Assembly: GCA_907165135.1 (NCBI GenBank)
Contig: OU015566.1
Span: forward strand, 5,642,001 to 5,706,000
From: Oikopleura dioica
Lineage: Eukaryota; Animalia; Chordata
DNA length: 64,000 nt
Direction of reading: 5' to 3'
Shown here: one piece after another, positions 48,101-60,277 of the stretch
Layout: every line of letters starts with the position of its first letter
Position numbering within the stretch: the first letter of the stretch is position 1
Position numbers and translations under genes: made by a program
Notes under the pieces: generated by a model
The model's database searches: none
Told to the model about the DNA's origin: nothing
The model's input: only the letters and a program-made list of their open reading frames with translations

Positions 48101-51100
48101 TTATACGTCGCGAAATTTCAACTTCATAATGAAAATTTAAGCCTCGAAATTCAATTAAAAATTAAGGTTCTCTAACTGTTAGAGTGTAACAGCGTTTTTT
48201 ACGAGATTTTTAAGATTTTTATTTTAAAAGTTTCTCTTATATAAATCTCTTTTATAACCACCAAAAAGTGTTCGTCTTACCTTCATCTCAGCTAATTAAG
48301 AAAAAAGCTTTTTTCTCGAATGATGATTTGAAGAGAACTGATCTTGTATTTATGCTGTCAAGTGCGAGCTATTTCACACTTACCCACTTAAGAATAAGCG
48401 ATTACAATTGTAAGCTAAGAGTTTCACCAGATGAGGATTTATGGAATTGAACTAAGGGCTTACCCTGAGTAATGACGCTTTTTTGTTCATGGAACTTGTT
48501 TGGGACTTGAATTACAACCAGATTTTTTCAAAAACAAAAATGTTCATTCGAAATATCATAATCTAGACCCCTGCATAAGACATTTTTCTTTGAAAATCTT
48601 GAATGTCTGGATTTGATGGTAGAGGAAACAACAGTCAGATGCAACGTTTCTTCCCATTTATCAATGGGCTCAGCTCCGATCCGATTGATTTCGAAAAACT
48701 CCGGAGAAGTTTATTTTCCGATGAAAAAATTTGAAGTCATCGATAACTGGAGTGACTCGTGGACTTGGGGCTGCTTGGAAAATGAGAATTGCAAGCCGAT
48801 CGCTGGAGATTTGATCGAAATTCCAAAAGGCGCAAAAATTTTATTAGACGAATCTACTCCCATTTTGAAAGCAATTTTGATCTCTGGTGGTATTTTGAGA
48901 ATCAAGGACGATAACATAGCACTGAATATTCAGTATATTATTATTACGAATGGTGGACAGCTTCTGGTTGGCAGTGAGGAAGAACCGATCGCAACAAAAG
49001 TAGAAATCAACCTTCATGGAGAAATGTCTGATCATCAATTGCCACTTTACGGATCAAAAGTCATCGCTGTTCACGACGGAAAAGTGGAAATGTATGGCCA
49101 AGAAAAGCAATCATGGACGACTCTCTCACAGGAAGCAGTGGAGGAAACAGCTAGAATAAGCGTTGAAGATTCGAGCTCCTGGCAAGTTGGCGACCAACTG
49201 GTCATTGCAACTACTGGTGGTCCCGATAGTCATGCAGAGTCCGAGCGAGTCAAAATCGTTGAAATCCAGGAAGACTTTATCAGAGTAAACCGAAAACTGA
49301 GAAACACTCACACTTACCATCCAGTTTCCATTGAACAATCGGGAGTTTCAGTAACTCTTACCGCCGAAGTAATCAATTTGAGCCGCACGATCGTCATTCA
49401 AGGAGTAATTGGAGAGGACAAAAAGTTTGGTGGCCATTTGGTTGCTGCTCACAACGCTGAAAAGATGATTTTATCGTACGTCGAGTTCAAAAACGTCGGT
49501 CAAGCGTTCCAGCTCGGTCGCTACCCAATCCACTTCCATATCACCGGCAACGAGCAGAACAGTAAGCTCCTCGGTTGTTCTATCCATCGATCGTTCAACA
49601 GAGCAGTTACGTTTCACGCGGTCCATCATCTTCGAGCAATCGGAAACGTCGCCTACAATATCATCGGTCACGCGTTTTTCCTCGAAGATGGAATCGAAAC
49701 TCACAATTATCTCGATTCAAATGTGGCTATTTTCACTCAACAAGGAACCTCGCTGTTGAATACTGATCTCTGGGCTGCTGGTTTTTGGATAACGAATCCA
49801 GACAACGTTCTTGTCGGAAACAGAGCTGTTGGTGGCACCCACAATGGATTTTGGTACAATATGCCGAAAAGACCAACTGGGCCGAGCTTTACGAAATCAA
49901 TTTGTCCCCGATTCACGGAAATGGGTCGCTTTGAGCAGAACACTGCTCATTCTAATGGTTGGTTTGGCTTGTGGATCTACCCTGTTTATATTCCTAGAAA
50001 AGACAGTAGCTGCGATATTGATGAACCAAGCCTCGCAGAATTCAGGGACTCACTCTTTTGGAACAACGAGCGTGGAGCAGAAACGGTTCTGACAGGAATG
50101 CTGAAATTCTCAAATTTGACGGCGATTCGAAACAGACGAGCTGGACTGTCTGCTATGGAAGCGTATTTGGCTGAATGGCCCGCTCTTACTTTTGAGGATA
50201 GCACGATCATTGCTCATTTGGATGGCGAATCTTGCCCAAATGAGCATAGACCAGCGATTGGACTTGAAACACCTTGGAAGCGCGGGTCGTTCATTGCGGA
50301 TGGAGTGACTTTCGTGAATTTTAACGATGAGGAGTGCGTCGCAGTTGATCCCTGCTACAAGGCTTACAAGCATGATTGCGCGAATACGGGGCGATTCAGC
50401 AGAACAACCTTCGTCAATTCTACTAACAAAGTCGTCTTTACCTACGCGAATGAATATGTGATCGACGATACTGACGGATCTTTCATGGAAAACGATCTTC
50501 CGGGAAAAATTCTCCCTGCATCGGGAATTCTTCCGAAAGATAAGTGTACTAAACCCGCTCAAATATCAAAATCTGGTGTTGAGCCAGTTTGGTGCGACGA
50601 CTCTGTTGTTATTCGGAAATTTGGTCTTCACAAGACTGACGAAGCATTTTTCGGATCCGATCTTATCGTGAATACTAGGCACGGAGAGAACAGAGTGCCC
50701 TTCAGACAGCTTCGATTTTCTCATGCTAGTGGCTGGATTGGCTTCCTTCTTGGAGATTCCGAAAACACAATTAGCTTTTCCGCCCAAAATCATACCACCG
50801 CTAACTGGACGATGAACATTTTCGATATTGAAGCTACCGATAATTTAAGCATCACTGGTGATCAATATTACGGTGGAGAGGTGAAAGTCGACTTCACAAA
50901 TTTGAACCAATCCTTGACCTCTGAAGAGTTACATTTCACCCTACCAAATGTGAATTCTTTGGATGAAGAGATCATTGTCACGGAGCAAGAAGTCACTACT
51001 ACGACTGAAGAAACAACAACCGAAGAAAATGGAAACTTCGACTTTGGAAACATAATGTCGCTGATGAATGGAGAAGAAAGGAAACATATTCAACTTTCAT

Positions 51101-54100
51101 CGCTTGATCACGTGGACGGAACAGACCTGGTCATTGCTGAAAATGAAATTCTCTTCCTTGATTCCGACCTCAACGCGAGACACATAGTTATACATGGCAA
51201 GCTACTGTAAGTTATGTTTCTATCTGTGTTGTTTCATTTTATTCTCTTAGACTCGCCGAAAACGTAACGAAGCTAGAAATACAGGCCGAAATGATCTTCG
51301 TTCTTGGTGTCTTCGATCTCAATCCTTCCTGCTCTCAACAAGTAAACTTGACTCTTCACGGCAACTGGGACTCAACAACAGCAGAATTCGGTGGCTACGT
51401 TGGCGGTTCAAAAGTTATCTTTGTAGCGCCATCTGGAGAATTCACGGCAAATGGTTGTACAGCGGAAAGAATGCTCAGATTTGAGTCAAAAATTACCAGT
51501 GGCTCATCGAATTTCACGAGTTTCACAGTCTTTCCTGGGGACGAGCTTATTTTCTTACCAGAAGTACTCGATCCACAACAGTTTGAAAATGCAACAGTGA
51601 TATCAAATGAAAATGGGGAAGTCAATTTTGAGCCAGCTCTTGAATATGACCACGAGTTTGCGGTCAACTTACGATCGAATCTTAGAATCTCAGGTGTTGC
51701 CAACAACTCATTCGGGGGAAGAATTTTATCTCGAGGATCGTTGAAGCTGACCAATGTTGAGCTTTCTGCTTTTGGCCAAAGAGGCTACAATGAATTGTCA
51801 GATTACAGAGCCGCTATTGCGATCGACGGATATCAAGCGACGGCGAAAATAGTTCTTTGCTCAGTTTCGAAATCTCACAATTCAGCGATTTTCGTTAACA
51901 ACTCGCCAAATGTGTTGCTAGATAGAAACGTCATCTTTGATGTCATCGGGGATGGAATCCGTCTCAATGGCCGAGGAAATGTCGCGCTTCTCGGAAACAT
52001 TGTTGCAAACATCAAACACCCTTTATTGCATCCTAGATCGAGTACTACTGGAAATAAGGGCTTCAGAATCTGGCCAAGTGGAATCCAAACTGACGAGACT
52101 CAAGGAAATTCTGTTTCGATGATCGACAACCACGTTATCTACTCAGAAGGCTTTGGATTTCGGACTGGCGGTGAAAAGTGCTCTTCTGAGAGAACTTGCG
52201 GACATGTTCAACAAACCTCGAGTGCAAGCAGCCCAAATACAGTAAGAGGAGCTCTTCACGGTGTGACAGTTTGGGGAAATGGCCACAACGAATGCACATT
52301 GATCCGCAATTTCGCGATTAGCAATACAGTTGACTACGGAGTTTACGTCCAAACAGACGCGAATGTTCAAGTCGAAAATGTCGACATTCGTGGATCCACG
52401 GTTGGAATGTCTGTCTTGGTTTATGGCGCGGACTCGCGAAAACACGAGCTCGTCGACAAATCTGTTTCAATTTCGAATTCAAAGATTGTTCTTTCTGATC
52501 CTGTCTTTTTCCCGCAGCTGGAAATTTTGAACAGAACATCGAGCGTGCGACAAAAGGGAACAGGCCAAAGGGACAAATCGGAATCATGATTCCGACGTTT
52601 TCTTCCGAACAAAGTCGAGCACCGATTGACGAATGGTCGAAAGTGACCTCCGAGCCAGCTTTATTGGGAGGATCGTGCCTGTCACATGTTCAATTTGAAG
52701 AAGCCTCAGCGCGAACAAATTCTGCTTTTATTTCATCCAACATTGAAGCGAAAGACTTTTCGCACCCGATGGATCTGCGAAATGTCTCGTTTAGCGATGA
52801 TCAGAGCCTGGTCGTAAAAATTCTAATTGAAAAGCCGCTTGAAGAATGGATAACTTCAGGAGAAAGCGCAGACTGCATCGATATGGACTGCGACGGGGGA
52901 AAGAAAGTTCTCGTCCGAGATCTTGATGGGTCGCTTTCTGAAGAATCGAATGAACCAGGAGTTGTTTTCAGTCAATCTGAATTCGCATGGGGCGAACCAG
53001 GCCGCGGAGTTCATGATCATCGTATTCCGAGCTCCATTGGCGTTCCTTCTGAAAGTCAACGAGGAATAACTCGATCGTCGCCAAACTGTAGCTTGGTCGA
53101 CGATTCGTGGAAATGCACTGGAGTCGATAGCAACTATGGTGTTCTCATCTTCGAGTCAATGGATAAAGATTCGACAGATCGCCGATTGTCTCCGATTGTG
53201 ATCAGATCGAGCTCCGGCTTCGTCGATATGGTCAACGGCCCGAGCAATCATCGAGGCAGCCATGGTTACGCAGCCATCTCACGGATTTCCACCTTCTTTT
53301 TCATCCTAAGAACTGGCGAAGAATACAAAATTGCAGCCACTTCAACTCTTCCGAAGAACTTTCGCCTTATCACCACCAACTTCAATTCCGAGGGCAATAT
53401 TCTCCTTCACATTTCAACGAGCAATCCGCAACGAATGGAAATCTACAGAAGTGGCGTCTTCGAACTACCGAACAATGTGAGATTGAATGCACTTGGAGAA
53501 ATCGAATTTCAGCTTCCAAACGATTCTTTCATCCCGAAACTAGAAAGCTTCAAAAATGGAGAAAATTATTTCGACCGAAAAACGCAGAAATTCCATGTTG
53601 GCATCAAAACAAACTCAGTTCTCGACGTCAAGACTTCTTCGACGATTCTCGTTTCGATCGGCGCGGTAATGGAAATGACACCAGTGGAGTTTTACGCACA
53701 TAAAGACCTAGTCTATCTTCTCGCAGATTTCTTCGAACTCGACTCATCCCAAGTCAAAGTTGTCAATGTCCATAAAAAGACAGAAACGTCTCTTGCTGGG
53801 CGCAGCTCTTTATTAGCAAAGGACGAAAAAGAAGTTGAAATAGAAATTCTCCCCGACGAGGTCGACTCGCTCTCTTCTGTCATTTCCACCTCAACATTTT
53901 GCAAAGTCCGCCAAGGCTTTAAAAACACTTTCAATTCAACCATCAACAGTTTCAAAGCACAGAAGAACGAAGAAGACAAGATCGACCCAACCGTGTCCAT
54001 CTTTACCGTTCCAACTGCTCTGCTAGACATTGGCTCCAAAAACTACACTTATCAACTGCGACAAGTAACGAACATCACGCTCAAAATCGTTGACGCGGAA

Positions 54101-55284
54101 AATAATTTCGTCGAAACTGGCGATTTTTCGATCAGAGTAACGATGAAACGGCTGGATAGCCTTGACTCAAGGCTTGAAAAATCTGTTGCTTTGATGATGG
54201 CAAATGCGCAAAGGGGGACTTCCATTCCGGGTTTTGAAGATGGAGAGCATCTTTCGAAGCTCGAAAGAAAAACTCTTCAACGATGGAATAACAGAAACCA
54301 GTTCCAATCAGAAAACCCCACTTCAGCCGTTATCTTCAAAAAGAAATGGAAGAAAAACAAGGTGAAAGGGAACAAATCTAAGAACAAGGGCAACAAGAAG
54401 AACAAGAACAAAAACTCTTCCACCGTTCTTCCATCCAAGATCCCAATTGCCACAGGTGGGAACAAAAAGAAACCATGGGCCAACAAGTGGGGCAGCAACA
54501 AGAAAACAACAGCGAAGCCAACAACGAAGCCGCAATCATCGACTTACAGCATTGACGAAGGGCCGAAGATTGTATTGGACAATATTGTTAATTTAGTCAA
54601 CGGAAGTTTTAAAATCGATATTCCGACGAAATATTCGGGCCTCTATTCTTTGGACATAGAATTGATTGAAAGCGAAAACTGTCGAGCTCAAAATGAAGAG
54701 ACAATTAAGATGTCCATCAACCTTGAGGTTAGCTTTCAGGCTTGAAAGAAAATATTATAAGCACATTTCAGGTGCTGAAAAGCAAAAATGGCGCTGGTCA
54801 AATTTGCAAATGGGAAAACCGAGTGCTCATTTGCTCCGGTAAAGAACTAGAAGCACTTGATGGCTTCTTCGAAATCATGAAGCTCTCAAATATGTTCGTC
54901 ACGGAGTCTGGCAATATTCCTCTGGAGCTTATCCAGACCGTCGATCTCAGGTGCTTATCCGTTTCCATTAGCGTTTTGTTCAATCTCTTTTCTAGCAACA
55001 ACAAACTATCAGACGTCGAAAATCTAGCCGAATTTGTCAATTTCTTCGAGAACCTTGACAAGCTGATTCTCGACGACAATCTTTTCGAAGACTTCGAATT
55101 GTTCCTGATCGAGGAAAACGCGCCAAACTTGAGCATGGTTTCTTTGAAAAACAACAAGATCTCCTCCCTTTCAAATCTGTCTCTTTTCGAAAATCTCAAA
55201 GAAGTCGACCTCACTGCTCAAAACCCGCCACTGCAATGCGTTTCTCCAGCTGCCCTCGACGGCAAAGCAAAAGTGCTGGTTTAA
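39108..55284 (+). CDS. PKHD1L1: Fibrocystin-L-like giant protein: signal peptide, IPT/TIG repeats, PA14-like region, two G8 domains, PbH1 repeats, basic low-complexity segment, C-terminal LRRs
   Basis: MKSSILALVFSLASG; repeated P..GS..GG...TI.G.GF IPT starts; G8 (IDNWS..WTWG...GDLIEIPKGAKILLDE); VGQAFQLGRYPIHFH, HRSFNRAVTFH, FWITNPDN, GTHNGFWY; DCIDMDCDG...LVRDLDGS, DRRLSPIV..SSGFVDMVNGP. Interrupted by a TE at 41656, -1 slips at ~40553 and ~52500, and a ~2.6-kb intron with a nested gene. Confidence 0.9.
41656..42905. mobile_element. 1250-bp Mutator/foldback-like element with 9-bp TSD, in a PKHD1L1 exon
   Basis: GTTGGCAAA at 41647-41655 and 42906-42914. TIR GAGACGGGAGCTTTTCCAGCC...GGCTGGAAAAGCTCCCGTCTC with (AGCTTTTCCAGCCRTT)n repeats. 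Removing element plus one TSD gives in-frame PEIVGK|YSFTQ. Confidence 0.92.
41853..42480. mobile_element. 628-bp foldback MITE with TTA TSD (PIF/Harbinger-like), nested in the left arm of 41656-42905
   Basis: GACGTGC...GCACGTC termini with long inverted arms. TTA at 41850-41852 and 42481-42483. The host TIR resumes after 42483 and matches the uninterrupted right arm. Confidence 0.88.
46120..48127 (-). CDS. Secreted multi-C-type-lectin protein, copy C, nested antisense in a PKHD1L1 intron (probable source copy)
   Basis: ORFs 47417-48064, 46549-47430 and 46120-46512 joined by GTAAG...TAG introns; exon 1 MKLKFRD with a 33-nt GT-AG intron. No lesion seen. Confidence 0.88.
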
Positions 55285-55541
55285 TACTGTAATACTGTAT
55301 CGACAACTCCCTTCTCAAATCTGTTCTGTTCATCGTGTGAAATCCTTCAAGCTGTAAAATAAAATTGACGGATATAAAAGACCTTGCGGTTAGATTTTCA
55401 ACGAGCAAGATATGTTCCAAATCAGAGCCGAGTCACATGTTTGCCAAAGGTCGGGCTACTGATTCTTACAATAACGGTAGGTGTGGTTTTGAAATTTCAT
55501 TGAATAAGAAAAAAATATTGAAGAGAAACGTCATTTTTGCC

Positions 55542-56441
55542 ATGATAAAAATCGCTGCATGTATTTTTGCGTTTGCTAGAGGGTTGAGCTTTGATGACTG
55601 TAAATACTCGAATACTGCATGCTTAGCTGTTCCCAAATACTGTAAGATAAATGAAGAGAGTGGATGTACGCTTGTGATAGTGAAAAATTTGGGAAGAGAA
55701 ATTCAAGTTAATTTGACAAGAAATACTCAAGGAAGGACTCAAAATGATCTCTTTGACAATTTTTCTTCGCGCAGGGTTTTGATTCCAGAAAAGAAGAGAC
55801 ATGGGTGGGGCTTGGTTTTTCATTCGATAAATTGATGGGGACAGACGACATGTATTTGTGCAGCAGAACAGCATCAGAAGTCCGAGTTTCTTCCGCGTAT
55901 TCGATCGGAGAACAGGGGATCAAATCGATGGGTGTAACAGGAATTACGACAGGCTCTATTTATACAGATAATCACAGCGATTCGTACAGGAACGAGTTTA
56001 ATTCGTTCATAAAATGAGAAACAATATGCGTTGAAATTAACTCGTAAAAGTTGTCTATTCGAAAGGCCGTTTCGTGTGACAAAAGCTGGTACAGTTTTCG
56101 ATGTTTCTCAAGAATCGTTCTTCATTTTTGCGGCGACTGGAAGCTATCGTTCGGGAAATTTCGGATACCACGGGCATGGATACCGGTAAGTTAAACAAAT
56201 CTTCTGAATCAATCAAAATATTAGCTCAACATCCGATTTCCCGTATCTTTTCCGCTCCGGAGAAGTCGTTCCTGACATAAAATGGACACCATCAACAACA
56301 ACAACGACGACAACCTCCTACTACATCCTGACATTTCCAACTAAAGCCCCAACAACAACAACATCGAAAACAAGCTCCTCTTTACCAATATTCTCTGTGT
56401 TCCCTATTCTGATATCGATCTGCTTGAACGCTATTTATTAA
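55542..56441 (+). CDS. DOMON-domain protein with Thr-rich stalk and GPI-signal-like hydrophobic tail
   Basis: Signal-like MIKIAACIFAFARG; WVGLGFSFDKLMGTDDMYLC; CLFERP...FDVSQESFFIFAATG...GYHG; TPSTTTTTT...LPIFSVFPILISICLNAIY*. Confidence 0.72.
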
Positions 56442-56614
56442 AACCCAAAGCAATCGAATTTTTATGAAGATTTATTTTGAAAGAAAGATTTCGCACTTGA
56501 ACAATAATTGACAGAAGATTGAGCAAAAATTGAACAACGAAAAATGGGCATCAAAGAAAAGGTCAAAAACAATAGTTTCACAATGATCTACTGAGGGAGA
56601 AGGATTCTCCTTCT

Positions 56615-58789
56615 TTACAACTGCGGTGGATGGGCTCTCGGAACGAATCGTAATTTTCCATCTTCGCCTTCAGCATCTACTGTATCGTTATTTTCATCAG
56701 CAGAAGCGGGGAAGTGGCAGCCGAGTTTGCTCTGCCACTGAGACCAATTTTCCCGAACTTCTTTCCAAGGGCCAAGACCAGCGTTTTGGCAGGTAGAATC
56801 GAAAATCGGGCCACCGAGGAAACGAGCAGAGAGATCAGCAACAGTCATCACTTCGATGCCAGAACTTTCGTCAGCAGAAGCATGGGCGTTTGTATTTTTG
56901 ATAATGATTGCCTAGAATTTGATGAAGAAGGAAATTTCAAATGTTATCTTACCCAAGCCCAGGCGGACTTTCCATCGTCGTAGCACTGCGCTTTCCAGTA
57001 GTATTCCGGCACTCTGACTTCGTGCATCTTTCCATGCATCCAGTCCAGCGTTCCATGAGTTCCAGTAATGATGTAGTGATCCTTTCCAGGATGCTCGGCC
57101 ATCATAAATTCTCGAGCCATGCATTCGTATTCGCGCCAGGAGTGTTCAGTTTCTTGGTTCACAAAAAATTGTCATGAAAAAGGTACTAATTTAAATTGAG
57201 AACCGTGCCATTGAAGATAGAAGCTTGTGGGGCAACATTTGTCAGAGTGAAAGTCGTGTCTTGGGCGTCAGGGTCTTCGTTGTTGATTTCGTTCGGGTCC
57301 ACGTGACCTCGGTCGATGTGGATCAGGTCGTGTTCACTAAACTTGATGAAGAAAGTATTCCAGATTCATATTTTACCCAAGATAATCATCATTCACAGTC
57401 TGATGCTTTCCACAAAATTCCCAGTCGCCGTGGTACACGTGATCGATTCTGGATGCATATGATTTCTTCGAATCAAAGTCGCCATCGAAACAGAGCGATT
57501 TCGAAAGACGAGGCCATCTTTTTCGCGAATCCGGACGATCGTGATGCTTTTTGTCCGGCGAACGGTTGCCGATGTAGGCAGAATAGACGGGAATGCCAGT
57601 TGGAATGTCGTAAAGAGTCGCGAACTTGTGTGGCTTGCCGGCGATATTCTGGCACAGTCGGATCGCACCAGGATATTTGTCTGAAAACAGAAATTTCAGG
57701 CGTTTTTTATCGATTTTGAAGGGAAATTATCGATTTTTTGGCGATTCCGATCGATATTCGAAAAATACGAAACTTTTTGATTGATATCAGATGGTTTTGA
57801 ATGCAAAATTTGGGGTGCGCGTCGATTCCTACGGTTTCAGGGTTTTGCGTCGATTCCTACGATGCGTCGATACCTACGGTTGCGTCGATACCTACGGTTA
57901 GAAATGACTCATGCCAAGGAAGGAAAGATAGGGTCTGCACGTGAACAAAAAAATGCTTTTCAAAGACATGTTTATGTGAATAGTTTATTGAATTTTCTTG
58001 TAATTTTGTCGGCTTTTTGTCGACGGATTGGTTGGCTCATTATCGTTTCGGGAAATATTTTGCTAAAATTTATCATTCTTCTGGCAAGAACCCAAAAATG
58101 GCAAAAATCAATTTAGCAAAAATCAATTATTTAAAATAACTTCTCATCAAAGAGCCAACAAACTAAAAACAGACAATAACTCAACAAAGAAAAGCCGTAA
58201 CCCATTAGATATTTTATGATAAGTTGCAGACCCTATCTTTCCTTCCTTGGCATGAGTCATTTCTAACCGTAGGTATCGACGCATCGTAGGAATCGACGCA
58301 AAACCCTGAAACCGTAGGAATCGACGCGCACCCCAAAATTTGGCAATTTTGATGAATTTCTTGTCCGAACAGCCCGAAACGACCGCGGGCCGCGAAAGTA
58401 GCGCCCAAGATTCGCTAGATCAAAAATCTGCTTGAGCGCCCCCCGCCCGCGCTTTGAAGCTGCAGCCGCTGATTGGACAAGATATGCACGTGCTTCTGAG
58501 CTTCTCAGACTTGAAGAACTGGTTTTTCCAATCAGACTTCAATCCAATTTCAGTTAGATATGAAGAAGAGACCAGAGAGATTTTTGCTACCTGTGAACTT
58601 TTGATTATATCTTCTTGACTTAGATCAGTGCTAGAAATTCTCTTTACCTGTCAAGGGCCATAGATACTGATTGTGAAAATATTCGTCGCACGTATCCTCT
58701 ACCAATCCAAAGTCATTCGCCCCCTCAATCAAATTTTCGCGAGTAGAAAACCCCGAAATAAGAGCAAGAAATCCCGCCAAAAGCCTCAT
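56615..58789 (-). CDS. Secreted DNA/RNA non-specific endonuclease (His-Me finger), ENDOD1-like
   Basis: Exon 1 MRLLAGFLALISGFS...TCDEYF (58648-58789); LCQNIAGKPHKFATLYDIPTGIPVYSAY; IDRGHVDPN...TTFTLTNVAPQASIFN; WREYE; YIITG...VRVPEYYWKAQC. Confidence 0.85.
57813..58333. mobile_element. 521-bp Mutator-like MITE with ~130-bp near-perfect TIRs, in intron 1 of the nuclease gene
   Basis: GGGTGCGCGTCGATTCCTACGG...CCGTAGGAATCGACGCGCACCC; CAAAATTTG at 57804-57812 and 58334-58342. Confidence 0.88.
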
Positions 58790-59344
58790 CCCTTTTTGTT
58801 TTCTCTGCTTTTGAACCGGTAGTTGTTTTTCGAGTCAGAAAATATTGGCGCTGCGGGAGCTTGAGTAAAAAGTAGGGCCCAAGCGTGTCTGCGCGCCGTG
58901 GAAAGCGCGCGAATCTCATTGGTCGAGAGAGGAAATTATTGAATTCTCGCCAGAGAGTGTGAAAATAGAGGAAATCCTGACGGATCTTTTTACAATCAGC
59001 GAGACTGTTCCTTTTTCTCTAAATTTTAGAAAGTCTAAATATTAATCCTTTTGATTCTAGATGTGAAAGTGCGCGGAATTCGTTTCTCCGGCGAAAGCAG
59101 AGAAAATGAGTGAATTCAATGATTGCGAAGCGGAAATTCCCGAAATGATTCTAGGAAGAAGTCATTTATAAAAAGACCCAGAAGAGGGTCTAACAAAGAC
59201 ACCTTACTCCTAACAAAGATACCTTACTTTTCCCAAACCTGATCTCATGTTTCCGATTTATTTATTTTCCTCTTTTGCAAAAGATTGAAATTTATAAATT
59301 GAAAATTTTTTGTTGAAAAGAAATCTTATTTTTCTTAATTTCAG

Positions 59345-59667
59345 ACCCGAAACATGCGGGCGAATTCGACTGTCGTTCTTGACGCGCAGTCGAGATGCCA
59401 AATTGGAAGAAAAAAGCAAGAAACGACTCCTTACCATAACAAAGGCTGCATTGGAAGAAAATGGTAAGGAGAACTTATTGAAATTTGATTTAATATTCAT
59501 TATATTTAGAGGAGCCACCAGCAATGGAAGTGGATTACGAAACGATGGACGCCCGGATGACGTGCAAAGTATGCTTGGAGCGATTCAACGATGGCGATCG
59601 CGCAATGAGCGTTCTCCGTTGCCGACATGTCTGCTGCGCTGCCTGTTTGGAGCTAGTCAATCCGTGA
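59345..59667 (+). pseudogene. RING-finger gene or pseudogene lacking the last CxxC; its upstream exon is partly duplicated at ~59945-60040
   Basis: Spliced frame ...AALEEN|EEPPAMEVDYETMDARMTCKVCLERF...LRCRHVCCAACLELVNP*, with a stop before the final Cys pair. Confidence 0.55.
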
Positions 59668-60277
59668 ACGTAGGATGCGTAGAAGGACCGGCTTACTCTG
59701 CTCAATCTACGCCATTCCAAGCTGAACCGAACGACGCTTCAACATGACTTTATGTCAAGCTACATACTTTACTGTTGCCAACGACAACTACAACAACATA
59801 ACTAACAAAGATACCTTACCCTATTCTGTTTCAAAATTTTCAGGACTTCAACTCGTCGTTTTTCGGCCTATTTCGAATGCTTTAACTTAAAATAGCTAGA
59901 AAATCCTTGAATAAGAAGTCCTTATTTTATTTTCTTCAATTTCAGACGGAAATAATGTAACTTGCGGGCGAATTCGACTGTCGTTTTGCACAAGCAGTCG
60001 AGATGCCAAGAAAAATCCGAGGGCGAGATTTGCTAACTAGCAAATCTCAACGCAACTCAAAACCCTGCCATCCAATGGGGGGAACACAAGCCTGAAAAGG
60101 CTCATAAATCCTCAACGAGTTGCGAAAAAGCAATTACTGCTCCAAAAATTTGTTGATAACAACAATGTGATCGATTCTAATAAAGATACCTTACTTGACC
60201 ATCAAACAAAGCTGTTTTTTATTCTGCAGGAAAAAGCATGTTCTTCAGCATTTTACTCTTCAAGTGGTTGACCTAGA

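Noticed and set aside
36320-52505. Calling CatSper and PKHD1L1 pseudogenes, or programmed frameshift sites, because of -1 slips at ~36322, ~40553 and ~52500 (also ~20958 and ~24200)
   Set aside because: Four of the five are one-base shortages in homopolymer runs, typical of long-read assembly error, and the flanking frames are long and open. Raw-read or cDNA checking is needed.
59360-60010. TCGACTG...CAGTCGA hairpin in two copies as a structured ncRNA or snoRNA
   Set aside because: Both copies encode the same peptide (CGRIRLSF.T.SRDA) in a duplicated exon, which explains the conservation. No convincing box motifs.
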